A stretch of DNA of 64,000 bases from Eledone cirrhosa (taxonomy: Eukaryota), in NCBI GenBank assembly GCA_964016885.1, contig OZ024754.1, forward strand, positions 25,978,001 to 26,042,000, written 5' to 3'. Below, one piece after another: positions 47,861-60,797 of the stretch. The notes beneath the pieces are model-generated. The model did not search any database and was not told the DNA's origin. It worked only from the letters and a program-made list of their open reading frames with translations. The position numbers and the translations under genes are program-made. Numbering within the stretch: the first letter of the stretch is position 1; every line of letters starts with the position of its first letter.

Positions 47861-47911
47861 GGGTCTTCAGTTGGAAATATAAACAAGTCAGCCAACTTCT
47901 CACAAAAGTAA
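47861..47911 (+). CDS. VASH: Probable vasohibin coding exon 9 (GSSVGNINKSANFSQK*, or spliced at 47907)
   Basis: Good acceptor ttcatttcag in phase 0. Ends AA|GTAAGT, which is both a donor and AAG-TAA stop. No homology support. Confidence 0.55.
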   Translation, partial: GSSVGNINKSANFSQK

Positions 47912-48004
47912 GTGAATATTTAAATTTAATTGAATACGTGTGAGAGTAGCTTCCCTTTTACTGTATTTCTATAATATAACTCCTATTTCTGGTGCTAAAA
48001 GATG

Positions 48005-48635
48005 GGAGTAATGCACCAGCTACAGCATTCAGCTACAGTATTCAGCATTCAGTAATCAGAAAAAGAGAGGTATGTGTAAAAGCCAAACACGTTATCTTCA
48101 ATTTGGTATTCAACCCTTGCCTATGGTTATGAATCTTGGGTAATGACCAAAAGTATGATCATGAATACAAACGGTCGAAAAAGAGTTCATCCAAAGGGTC
48201 TTTGGAGGAACTTTACTCAATACAGTACATAGCTCAGAGATAAGAGAGTCACTCCAGGTAGAGCCACTACTTCTCCAAATTGAATGCAGTAATGCACCAG
48301 CTTCAACATTCAATAATCAGAAGGGAGGTAGGTGTAAAAACCAAACTCGCTATCTTCAATCCAGTCATGAATCTTAGGTAACGACTGAAAGAAAATGATC
48401 AGCCAAAATGGGGTCCTTCCAAAGGGTCTTTGGAGTAACATTACTTGATGGAGTGCATAGCTCGGAGATCAGAGACTCACTACAGGTAGAGCCGATACTT
48501 CTCCAAATTGAGAGATTACAGCTCTGATACTATGGTCATGTGGTTAGAATGTCTCAGGAAAGAATCGGTGGACAGACTGAGTCTGGAACTTGCTGTTGAA
48601 ATGGCAAGAGCTCAGCCATCAGGTCCCAACTCTTT
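48005..48635 (+). mobile_element. Internally duplicated degraded retroposon fragment
   Basis: The segment AGTAATGCACCAGCT...CAGGTAGAGCC..TACTTCTCCAAATTGA occurs twice (48008-48283 and 48288-48512). Confidence 0.55.
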
Positions 48636-48638
48636 ACA

Positions 48639-48890
48639 ATATATATATATATATGTATGTATATGTATGTGTGTATATATATATATATGTATATATATAT
48701 ATACATATATATATATGTGTATATATACACATATATATATATATATGTATATATATATACATATATATATGTGTATATATATACATATGTATATATATAT
48801 ATGTATGTGTGTGTATATATACATATATATATGTGTATATATATATATGTACACATATATACATATATATATATGTATATATATATACAT
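48639..48890. repeat. (TA)n-rich microsatellite
   Basis: Direct reading. Confidence 0.97.
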
Positions 48891-50610
48891 ACTTATTTTC
48901 CAATGAAGCAGTCACTGTGTACAGCAAAACCAACAACTTAATAGTAATTGGGCTCTATAGGCCACCCCAAATGCTTCAAGGAATGCCTCAACAGCATAAA
49001 GTGTTTCATCCAACAGTGTCACCCTAGCAACATCTTAATGATGGGGGATTTCAACCTCCCCAGTGTTGACTGATCCATAAACAGCTTGATACCAGGTTTT
49101 TACAACTCAACCCCTGACAAGAAGGCAGTAGAATAACTTCTTGACTTCATGGATGAGTTTTTCCTGTCCCAACTTGTGCTTGAACCAACAAGGTGCGACA
49201 AAAATGTCTTGGACTTAATGTTCAGTAACTACACTGACACTATTCACAATATTACAGTGGAAAAAACTCTACTCTCAGACCATGACATGGTTCTCTGTGA
49301 TCTGAGATTCCACCGTCTAAAAAGCAAACCCAATGGCATCTCTCCAGTTCATCCATTTGACACCATGGATCTTCATAGTGCAAACTGGGAAGCGATCAAT
49401 CGTGATCTTGGTCTTTCACGCACATTCACACACCCACTAACATAAAAAAATCCTGGCAGACATTTGTAGACACTGTAACAAATATGTGCAAAACATACCC
49501 CAATAGAAGAACACTTATCAGAAAAATTAAAAGAATTAACAAAAAAAATCAACAAACTGAAATACTGCCAGCAGCAACACACCCATTTGACTGCCATTAC
49601 ATCACTAGAATCGGAAAAACACAACCTCCGAAACAGCATGATGTCCATCATCAACAATCAAAGAGCAGCTGAAGAGGCCTGGGCCATTGAGAAAATCAAA
49701 CTCAACCCCAAAGTGTTCTTTTCATTTGCGTAAAAACACAAAGTGACTGGCTCCACTGTTGGCCCTCTAATTAATGAAAATAGCACTCTCTAAGATAATG
49801 CTAAAACCATGGGTGAGATACTGCAGAAATAATACTGTTCTGTTTTCAGCAATCCTGATATGGCTGATCTGAGCCGTATCGGTGATGTTAATCCTCAACA
49901 CACTATATCGGACATAACGTTTTGTGCCCCTGATGTCTTAGCAGCAATAAAAGAAACTAAACACAATCCAGCAGTAGACCCCGATAGGTTCCCTGCTTGT
50001 GTCCTGAAGGTGTGTCGACACCAACTTGCATCTCCTCTTGCTAATCTGTGAAGGAACTCACTGAATGCTGGATATATACCAGAACACTTATTATCCCAGT
50101 CTGTTTTCCCAGATTTCAAAAAGGGAAACAAATCCCTTTCCGTGAATTACCGTCCAATCTCACTCACGTCTCATATTACCAAGGTATTTGAGAGGCTGGT
50201 GAGATCATGAATAACTCACTTTCTCAAAAGCAACAATCTGCTGAACTCCAACCAACATGGGTTCCGTAATAGAAGGGATTGCCTAACGCAGCTACTGCAT
50301 CACTTTGATGACATTTTGAGAGTTTTGGGAGAGGGCTCCTACACTGATGTCATCTACCTTGATTTCAGTAAGGCCTCTGACAGGGTTGATCACAACAAGT
50401 TGCTGCAGTGGATCAAGTGTTTCCTGTCAAACAGAGCCCAACATGTAGTCGAAGGAATAAAATCCAGCCCAGCCAAAGACAGTAGTGGTGTCCCACAAGG
50501 CACATTGTTGGACCCACTTCCTTTTTATTATCTATATTAATGACATTACTGACATCATGAAGCACAACAACATAAGAATCTTCGCAGATGATTCCAAGCT
50601 CCAAAGTAAT
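48891..50610 (+). mobile_element. Degraded CR1/L2-like LINE (APE + RT)
   Basis: IGLYRPP, MGDFNLP, LDLMFSN, LSDHDMV, NYRPISLTS, IYLDFSKASDRVDH, SGVPQG and IFADDSKL, with many stops and frameshifts. Confidence 0.9.
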
Positions 50611-50699
50611 ACCAGCAGTAATACCAAAGACTCAAGTTCCCATGGGTACAAGCCGAAGCTGAAGCATATAGACAATATGTGCTCACCTGAATTGTAGGT

Positions 50700-51610
50700 T
50701 ATTAGGTGGTTGGTAGGTTTCTTGAAGTTAGTGTTGCAAATGGTTAGTGCACTTGCATCTCAAAATTCAAGAAGTCTCTCTCCTTCTTCATTTCTTGAGC
50801 CATAACTGTGCCCACCATATACCCCAGTGTAACCATCCTGGAGCTGTCCAACATGACCATTGAAGTCCCCTATTAGCATACCGATGTCTCCGTCCTCTGT
50901 CATTGCAGCTGTTTGTAAAAGTTGCTCGTAAAAGCAGTCTTTCTCTTCTTTACCTAGGCCTGCTTGAGGAGCATAGACAGAGATGATTGTCAGTAGTCTC
51001 CTGCCTACAACTAATCTAAGCTTAATTATTCTATTATTAACTCGAACTACCTCTATTGTCTTATTGATCCATTTCTCAGCCAGGAAAATGCCTACTCCCC
51101 CTAACCCATCATCCTTACCTACCCAGAAAAGCTTATAACTAAGATGTTTTCCTGCGATTAGTCTTGCAGAGGCACCTCTCCATCTCACCTCTTGCATGCA
51201 GCACACATCCACATGCCTTCTCTCCAGCATCTCCGCTATTTCACCAGATCTACCTGTGAGAGTGCCAACATTAAATGTTGCAACTCTGAGATGCGACGTC
51301 TTCATATTTTTTTCGTTTTCCTGTAGTGCGATTGCTTGAAGACGGTCGGTGGGTTCTCACACATGGCTGCACCAGCCACCCCACTAACGTACACAGTCCT
51401 AACATGGTTAGTGTTATTGCTGTTTACGCAGTTATTGCGATATATATTTGTTGCTGTGCTCATAATTGTTTTGGCATTAATACACTGGTTGGATGCCCTT
51501 CCAGTGCCACTTTACAGCATGGACTGGGTGCTTTTATTCGTGCCACCAGTAATAGAGAGGATGTCTTACTGGACTCATGGGCCCTCTCTACCCCTCCATT
51601 TTACAGCATG
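50700..51610 (-). mobile_element. RTE LINE 5' part (5'UTR + APE endonuclease)
   Basis: ORF 50760-51305 has LRVATFNVGTL, CMQEVRW, ISVYAPQ, GDFNGHVG and RNEEGERLLEF. Confidence 0.9.
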
Positions 51611-51654
51611 GTCATAACAATAATAATAATAATAACACTATTAATAATTATTAA

Positions 51655-51900
51655 TTAATGCAATCGTACAATGCCTGTGTGTGAAGAATATTTTTAAAGT
51701 GAGGAAAGACTGTGCACTGAGCCAATCCCACTCTCTGAGCGACAGCAGCTATAACCCGAAAAGAAGAAAAGATCAACATCATCGGTAACTACTGAGCTGC
51801 AGGTTTTATGTCAGAGTTAACCCAGTTTACTGAGATGCCTTCTCCTAGAAGAATGCTCTGACAGAGGCTAGGGGTCCTTCACTCCAGTGGTTTAACTGCG
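51655..51900 (-). mobile_element. Diverged copy of the 36445-37510 retroposon family
   Basis: GCCAATCCCACTCTCT..AAAAGAAGAA..TCAACATCAT..CCTTCTCCTAGAA..GGCTAGGGGTC. Confidence 0.65.
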
Positions 51901-52046
51901 CGATCGGTTATCCAGCCCAATTATTTTCTAAAAAAAAAATAATAATAATAATAATAATATATATATATATATATGTATGTATATGTATATATATAGTGAA
52001 AGAGTGAAGAATTACATGGTCAACAGTACAAAAAGGGTTTTATTTA

Positions 52047-52159
52047 CAGTATTAACAATTGTTTCATTGATTAAGTTGTCTAAAAATTGCTAATCACTTA
52101 AAGTTGTGTCACTCAATTTTAAATACAATGTATGCTTAACCAAATCATCAGAAAAACTG
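52047..52159 (-). ncRNA. Hammerhead ribozyme with extended stem II (family B)
   Basis: Minus strand: cagttttt CTGATGA tTTGGTTAAG...CTTAATCAAt GAAA CAATTG TT aatactg. Confidence 0.7.
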
Positions 52160-52809
52160 TTTAAAATTATACATGGCGTTTGTAATATACTAGGAAAATT
52201 CAAATCACAACATCAGTAATAAAGAAAGAAAAAGAAAAAAAAGAAGAAGATAGAGAGAAAAGGAAAGGAGAAAAAAGAAAAAAGATAAAGAAAAAGAAAA
52301 AGAAAAAAATTATAAATAAATAATAATAAATAAGTTATAATGAAGATGATAAAAAATAAATAAATAAATTTATATGTGTGTTGAAAATAGTTGCGGTGTT
52401 GGTGGTATAAACATGAAAATACTAAATATATACATATATGTATTGGTTAAATTAATAAATTAATAAATTGGAAGTTATGTTAGAAGTGAAGAGAATACGA
52501 TAGGATATAATGTAAGAGGTGAAATAGATTTAGGGAAAGAGAGTGAAAGAGAGAAAAGTTAGGATGTTATGATGTTGATTCATTGATTAGTTGATTTATT
52601 GACAGTTAATAATAATAATAATGGGTTATTTTAATAGACTCAGGTGGTACAGTTTGAATTATGGAATTGTTGGGTCGAATCAAGCTGGTTTGAAATTAGC
52701 GAATTTAGTAGCTGCTACAGAAAAATGACTGTTCAATTTTGCTGTTAAGCAGCATTTTGTCATATTTTAAAATACGGAGCAACTCCATATTGCAAAGTCC
52801 AATATTAAT

Positions 52810-52922
52810 CAGTTTTTCTGATGATTTGGTTAAGCATACATTGTATTTAAAATTGAGTGACACAACTTCAAGTGATTAGCAATTTTTAGACAACATAATC
52901 AATGAAACAATTGTTAATACTG
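52810..52922 (+). ncRNA. Hammerhead ribozyme with extended stem II (family B)
   Basis: CTGATGA at 52818-52824, GAAA at 52904-52907, palindromic stem III ACAATTGT, predicted GUU cleavage after 52915. Confidence 0.7.
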
Positions 52923-53141
52923 TAAATAAAACCCTTTTTGTACTGTTGACCATGTTATTTTTCACTCTTTCACTATTATTACTCCAAGATTAACTTGCAT
53001 AGGAATTCCCAGAGAACTCACAAACTCGCTACCTAAGGAAACCTCTTGTTGAGTCAAATAACGCCATATGCTAAAACTATCAACAATACGGAGTATTCAC
53101 AACCTCTAACTGGATTACCTATAACGATAATTTGTTATCCC

Positions 53142-53191
53142 ATATATATATATATATATATGTATGTATACATATTTGTATATATATGTGT

Positions 53192-53275
<84 letters not shown>

Positions 53276-53524
53276 ACATATATATGTATATGTATATGAA
53301 AGAAGATGTAGTAGAGGAAGACCACAAAAATCATGGGCGGAGGTGGTGAGAGCAGTCCTCAGATCGCTGAAGCTCACGGAGATGACAAAGGAACATTACA
53401 AGTGGAGAGATGCTGCGCTGAATAGGACCCTTCCCACCCTTGCAAGCAGGGAAAAGCGGACGTAAAATGGTGATTATGATATATGTATACATATATATAT
53501 GTGTGTATACATACATATATATAT

Positions 53525-53616
<92 letters not shown>

Positions 53617-53845
53617 ATGTATACACATATATATATATACGTGTATACATACATATATATATATATGTGTTTATACATACATATATATATGTGTGTATAC
53701 ATATATATATATATATATCTGTGTGTATACATACACATATATATATATATGTGTATACATATATATATATATATATGTATATATGTGTATACATATATAT
53801 ATATATGTATATGTATACATACATATATATATACACACACACACA
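53142..53845. repeat. (TA)n/(TG)n microsatellite block with an RTE 3' fragment inserted at ~53297-53478
   Basis: [14 protein letters not shown]...AAAAGCGGACGTAAAATG tail, same family as 62893-64000. Confidence 0.9.
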
Positions 53846-54563
53846 AAATATATATATTCTCTCCATCTTAACATGGTAACCATGCTCCCACACACACATA
53901 ACACCCGTACACACACAACTCCCTCCCCCATTTCTACCAATAGAATCATCTTCCTACACACACACACACACACACACAAGAACACAAATAAACATACATA
54001 TCTCTACTTTCTTTATTTCAATAGAAAGTCTGAATTCTGACACCCCAGCACACCAGCCATATTCACTGAACCAGAACAATTGTCCTCATCCCATTTTTCT
54101 TGACCATTATCTTTTGTTTGGCACAAAAATCTCTTAAAGGCTACAAAATAAATTCCCAAATACGGGTGTGAAATTTAATGTACTTGTTCACGTGACAGTC
54201 ATAATTTTATTTATAACCAATCAAATTACATTTATAAAGAAAGCCTTCGTGAGCCACTTTTTTTTAAGTAAAAAGAAATTCAAACACAAACTCGCGCGAA
54301 AGCTGATGTGCTTATTCCCGTGACTGCATCAACCAACCAAACTTCACTCATATATGAAATAACAACCTGAGCCCCATCCCCACCCCTTTGTTTGAAGAAC
54401 TTTGTAACGCGAACTGGCGCGAAATTTATTATACTTATTCACCAACCAAATTACTTCTCTAAAAACCTGGCATTTCAAGCCACTTTTTTCCATATAAAAC
54501 AGAAGTAACATTCAAAGACCAACCAGATGTGAGAAAATCCACAGACCCTCCATCTCAACTCTA

Positions 54564-54599
54564 CTTTTGAAAAGCAGAAGAACTGCGAAACCGGTAAAG
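54564..54599 (+). ncRNA. Minimal hammerhead ribozyme with U3-A8 variant core (family C pLTR); decayed copy at 59313-59348
   Basis: CTT TTGAAAA GCAG-aagaa-CTGC GAAA CCGG TA AAG. Confidence 0.65.
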
Positions 54600-54763
54600 G
54601 AACCAAATAAATATATTTTTTTTTTATACAAAAAGACTCCAGTTGCATTTTCGATTTCATCTTTTTTCCTTATACTTTCACTCGTGTAGGACACCTCAGT
54701 TATTTTTCATTTTGTAAAAAAAAACTCACTTTCTAATACATACCCACCACACGAAGACCGAAA

Positions 54764-57700
54764 ATGCCACCAAAGTCTCAACAAAAAGACAACTCACTAA
54801 ACCAGGACATCTTAAATGAACTCAAAGAGATTTCCTCCAAACTTTCAATTTTGACCAACAAACTGGACCAAATACATATCTATAAAAAAGGACCCCATGA
54901 AGAAGCAGAAAATACCCAAGAGACGAATATTACTCCAGTATTAACTAAACTAATTGAAACCATTGACACAGCAATGCTCCAAAAGCTGGAACAACCATTA
55001 GAACCCAATCTACGAGATGTCCACTCAGTGAAAAACACCCTAATCAATATATGGACTCAAAAGCTCACAGCCCGCAAATTCGCCTTTTGGAATCTCCTAA
55101 AAAATAATGGCAAGGCAGACATATATGAAAAGACTCCAAATAAAACCCATCCCAAATGAACCAGAAAACCAACAAAAACTTAGGGAAAAGATGGCGTTAG
55201 AAAAGTTTAAAATAGAAATAGAACTGATGCGGTTAAGAGCCAACTCCAACGAAGAAAAATTCAAGTCACTCAACCAACAGATGGAAACAGAAATCTCAAG
55301 GTACTCTGAAGGCTTACTCTATGAAAAAACCTTAAAACTTTGGAAAGGAAATTGTGAGGATGAAGAACTAACATCCCTCCAGCGATGGGAAAAAAACGCC
55401 ACCTGGTTCAACAACTACGAAATGGATTTCAAAAATGAACAACATACAGGTAACCCATTTTTAAAACAAACTAAAACTCACACACCACACGCACAACAAA
55501 TAACAAAAAAAGTAACAAAACGTCCAATATACCCCCAGCAAAACTATAATGATAATCCCAGAACCTCTAGACAAAACTATAACCCTACTAACAAAAACCG
55601 AATGTCCCTCAACACAAGACAGGACCCAATCTGCAGATCACAACCCACACAAAACCTATTCCAAAACCGTAGACCCCAACCCACACAGAACCTGTTCCCA
55701 AATCGTAGATCCCAACCCATACAAAAGAACAAAATGTACAACCCGGACTATCAACAAACCGAACCTCAATACATCCGAAACTTCTATACAAGACCACACA
55801 ACAACAGGGGAAATGCCATTAGATATAATGCCATGAAAAAAACAATTCAGAAAAATCATTTTTTAGACCAAGGCTACAGGATCCACGACATCCGGTGGCA
55901 CAAACCGATTTTGAAAAACCGAAAATAATCAACCTTTCAAATACAAACTTCTCAGACCAACAAATTAAAATTCTCTCCAAAGGACTGAAATTCACACCAA
56001 CACCACAATACTCTAACCTCAATGAGATAAATGACGATATCTCACACTTCTGTAGAAAATTACATCTCACAGAGGAATTTTTTGACAAGGAGAATAACGA
56101 CCAATCAATTGTACAGAATAAAAGCAGCTACAACCCAACAAAAGGTAGAAACAGAGTTCTGGACAAATTTTGTGACCACATAGCAACTTTCCCAACCTAA
56201 ACCCAAACCCAACACGAGTTGAAGGGAATGGGAGATTATCCATGAACTAAAAAACAATACGGACATTATAATTAAGGAAGCGGACAAGGGAAGTACTGTC
56301 ATCATTATGTATGCTGAACAATATAAAAATTCTATATTCACTCTCTTACAAAATACTAACTACTATGAAAGAGTAAAAAAATACCAGCAATCAAAAACGA
56401 TGACCAGATTAAACACATTTATTTGTCGATACCAGGAAGACTTAACTAAAAAGGAACGCGATTATTTAACACATTTTGAATACAAAACCAGCAACCTTTA
56501 TGGACTTCCGAAGATCCACAAGTGTAAAATAATTAACGATGCCTGTAAACAATCCACCTCAACCTGCGTGAACACACAATACCCCACAGACCTTAAATTA
56601 AGACCAATTGTAGCGGGCCCACAATGTGAAACACACAGACTAAGAAACTTTATAGACATACTACTAAAACCAATTCTCAAACACATACCAAGCCTTGTAA
56701 GAGACGATCTGGACCTCTTAAACCACCTCCCCAAGCATGTCAACAACGACACTATTATTAAGTCTTTCGATGTAGTGAATCTCTACACAATGATTCCACA
56801 CCAATACGGACTAGAAGCAATAGGATTCTGGCTAGAGAAATATCCCAATGAGATACCTGACAGAATAGAAAAAGCTTCATCACCGAGGGATTAAAATTTA
56901 ATTTACAGAACAACTTTTTTTATTTTGATGGCAGTACTTACAAGTACTTACAATATCGGGGACTGCGATGGGAACAAAAGCCGCTCCAACTTATGCCAAC
57001 TTATGCCAACTTAATCATGGCATACTTTGAAGTCCAGATATCTGAACAATCCAAATCAAAATATGGATTGAACTTCCACAAATATTTATCAGAGAATTGG
57101 AAACGCTACTTGGATGATTGTCTCATTCTTTGTCTCACACACTCGACCAACTAAATGATTTCAAAAATTTAATTAACGGCATCAATAACCACATCCAATT
57201 CACAATGGAATACAGCCAAGATCAACTCCCATTTCTGGACATCTTAATCTTAAAAAAAGATACAAATATTGAAACTGACATACACTACAAACCAACAGAT
57301 TCCAAACAATACCTGCTATTCACCTCCAACCATCCAAAGCACACGAAGACGAACATCCCTTTTAACCTAGCAAGAAGAATTTGCACAATTGTCTCCAATT
57401 ATGAAATGCGAAATAAAAGACTTCAAGAATTAAAGGAAATTCTACTCAAAAGACAGTACCCATCATTACTAATAAATAATGGGATAGAAAGGGCTAAAGC
57501 AATAGGCATTGATGAATTACGAAAACAGAAACAAGTTCAAGGTACGTCCAATATTCTATCATATATCTCAACACACAACCCAAGAAATGCAGAAGCTTAC
57601 AACACTATTCACAAGAACATCCCACTATTGAAACAAGAGCCAAGAATGAAAAAAGCCCTTGAAACACACAAAATAATCAAAAGCAAAAGACAACCGAAAT

Positions 57701-58161
57701 CACTAAAAACATTACTCACCAATGCCAAATTACCTACCACAAACCCACAACCAACTGTCAAAAAATGTGGTCATTCTAATTGTGGAACCTGCACTCACCT
57801 CATTGAAGGCAACACGTATACATTTCAATCAGGACAAAATTTTGCTGTAAAAAATCACTTCACTTGCTCATCAAAAAATCTACTTTATGCCATTAAATGT
57901 AAAGGATGCAATGAAAATTATATAGGACAAACTAAACTCACACTCAGAAACAGAATGACAGTTCATCGCCAACAATTACGAGATCCAACCACAAGACAGA
58001 TACCACTAAGTGCACATCTAGACATATGCGCAAGTAATAAGACACCCAAATTCCAAGTCTTCCCATTTTATCTTTGCACTGACAATACAACAGAACACAT
58101 ACGAATAAATAAGGAAAATATGTTTATTCAAAAATATAGACCAGCATTAAATATAGTTTAA
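54764..58161 (+). pseudogene. Penelope-like RT + GIY-YIG endonuclease ORF, disrupted
   Basis: LSKGLKFTPTP, KEADKGSTV, YGLPKIHK, LRPIVAG, SFDVVNLYT, GTAMGTKAAPTYANL, WKRYLDDC, LPFLDIL, LLYAIKCKGCNENYIGQT. Several stops and frameshifts. Confidence 0.93.
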
Positions 58162-59442
58162 TATACATTATCTCAACACCATAACATGCTAACCATCCAA
58201 ACAGACACATACATACACACATATAACACCTTCTACTTTAGAAAATAAAAACCAGAACTAAATAAACCTTAACATACATTAATACTCTAACACCTTAACA
58301 TGCTAACCACACCCCCCACACACACATAACTCCCTCCCCCATTTCTACTAACGGAATCATTTTCCTACACACACACACAAAAAAAATATATATATTCTCT
58401 CCATCTTAATATGCCAACCATACTCCCACACACACATACACACACACACACATAACACCCATACACACACACACATTACACCCATACACACACAACTCCC
58501 TCCCCCATTTCTACTAATAGAATCATTTTCCTACACACACACACACACAATATATATATTCTCTCCATCTTAACATGCTAACCATACTCCCACACACACA
58601 TAACACACACACAATATATATATTCTCTCCATCTTAACATGCTAACCATACTCTCACACACACATAACACCCATACACACACACACAACTCCCTCCCCCA
58701 TTTCTACTAATAGAATCATCTTCCTACACACACACACACAAGCATATCATACATATCTCTACTTTCGTTATTTCAATAGAAAGTCTGAATTCTGACACCC
58801 CAGCACACCAGCCATATTCACTGAACCAGAACAATTCTCCCCATCACATTTCTCTTGACCATTATCTTTTGTTTGGCACAAAATTCTCTAAATGGCTATA
58901 AAAAAAAATTCCAAAATACGGGCGCAAAATTTAATGTACTTGTTCACGTGACAGTCATAATTTCATTTATAACCAATCAAATTACATTTATTAAAAAAAA
59001 GCCTTCGTGAGCCACTTTTTTTTAAGTAAAAAGAAATTCAAACACAAACTGGTGCGAAAGGCTGATGTGCTTATTCACGTGACTGCATCAACCAACCAAA
59101 CTTCACTCATATATAAAAAAAACAACCTCAGCCCCTTTGTTTGAAGAACTTTGTAACGTGAACTGGTGCGAAATTTATTATATTTATTCACCAACCAAAT
59201 TACTTCTCTAAAAACCTGGCATTTTGAGCCACTTTTTTCCATATAAAACAGAAGTAACATTCAAAGACCAACCAGATGTGAGAAAAACCACAGACCCTCC
59301 ATCTCAACTCTACTTTTGAAAAGCAGAAGAACTAGGAAACCGGTAAAGGAACCAAATAAATATATATTTTTTTATACAAAAAGACTCCAGTTGCATTTTT
59401 GATTTCATCTTTTTTCCTCATATATCTATATATCTATGTATA

Positions 59443-60757
59443 CGAGGGGGGATCAAAAAGTTCACGGAATTTTTCAGAAAATAATCTATTTTTCAAGAAA
59501 TATGATTTACCTTCAATTTAATTTTCTACATAGTTGCCATCCAGGTCAATACACTTCACAAGGCGATGCTTCCAGCTTCGTAAGCCGTCTCTAAAGAAAG
59601 TTGAAGGCCTTGTTCGAAGCCATGTGTTGGCAGTGTTTTTAGCTTCTTCAACACCACTAAAACGGGTTCCTTTTAGCATTTCTTTGAATTTTGGAAAGAG
59701 GAAAAAGTCTGATGGGGCTAAATCTGGACTATAAGGCGGGTGAGGAAGCACTTCCCATCGAAATTCTCGAAGAACTATTTTTGCAACCCGCGCAGAATGC
59801 GCTGGTGCATTGTCATGGTGAAACAAGATCCCACCATGAAGTTTCCCTTTTCGTTTCTTGACTAATGCCTCTTTCAGCTTCCTTAAAACATTTGCATAGT
59901 AAACTCCTGTCACAGTTCTTTGACCTTCAAGATAATCTATTAGTATCACCCCATCTGAATCCCAGAAAATGGTGGCCATCACTTTTTGATCCGGCTTTTG
60001 AGATTGGAACTTGATTGGGCTCCGATGATCCACATGGAAGCCACTGTTTTGACTGCTGTTTGGATATAGGATCATACTGGTAGATCCAGGTTTCATCTCC
60101 GGTGATGATTCAGGTCAGGAAATACTCTTCATCAACTTCAATTTTGTTTAAAATCGCCAAAGACAGATCACTTCGAAGAATCAGCTGATCAGGGCGCAAC
60201 GTTTTTGGGACCCATCACGCTGAAAGCTTGCTTAGTCCCAAATTATCGTGCAGAATTGAATTTGCCGAACCATATGAAATGTCTAGGGACTTAGCTAACT
60301 GATTAACTGTTATTCTTCGATCTTCTTCAATTAAAGTCTGAGCAGCCTCAACGTTTTGGTCATTTTTTGATGTTCCTGGTCTTCCACTGTGATGGTCGTC
60401 TTCAAGGTCGTCTTTCCCTTGTTTGAATCGCTGAATCCACTTGTAAACAGCAGTTTTCTTTGGAGCAGTAGTACCGTAAACTTTAACTAAAGCCTCCATA
60501 ATCTGTGTCCCTTTCCATTTGAGTTTCACCAGAAACTTGATATTCGATCTTATCTCAAAATAACTATTTTCCATTGTTCCAAAAAGAGGTTTTTTAAAGA
60601 GTGTCAGTACTGTACAATAGTCCGCGCATGACTGACTGCAAGTGACTAATAGCAAGGTAAACACCCAGTGACAATGTTCTGACATGTTTAATATTGTTTT
60701 AACCTGATTTTTTTCTTGCTACGATAAAATTCCGCGAACTTTTTGATCCCCCCCTCG
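59443..60757 (-). mobile_element. Full-length defective mariner (DD34D) transposon
   Basis: TA|CGAGGGGGGATCAAAAAGTTC.CGGAATTT TIRs|TA. Transposase 60574->59518 with WVPK, TGDETWIY, HHDNAPAH and HPPYSPDLAPSDF; two stops and a frameshift. Confidence 0.96.
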
Positions 60758-60789
<32 letters not shown>

Positions 60790-60797
60790 TATATATA

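Larger units (their letters stand above)
51993..53141. mobile_element. Non-coding Penelope-like or retrozyme-like element (family B) with 167-bp inverted terminal repeats
   Basis: 51993-52159 is the reverse complement of 52810-52976; each arm holds a hammerhead. Flanked by (TA)n. Related to 62581-62830. Confidence 0.8.
53846..59420 (+). mobile_element. Near full-length Penelope-like element (family C) with ~0.8-kb direct pLTRs
   Basis: Direct repeats ~53846-54675 and ~58612-59420 flank the pol remnant. Confidence 0.93.

Noticed and set aside
46603-47903. Asp/Met/Val-rich ORFs around exons 7-8
   Set aside because: These are translations of trinucleotide microsatellites; only 47001-47080 and 47477-47560 match vasohibin.
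51310-51340. Strong-looking acceptor (ttttcgttttcctgtag) as a terminal vasohibin exon
   Set aside because: It lies in the antisense 5'UTR of an RTE element, would add only about 4 codons, and has no homology support.
48508-54040. Ile/Tyr-rich ORFs
   Set aside because: Translations of (TA)n and (TG)n repeats.
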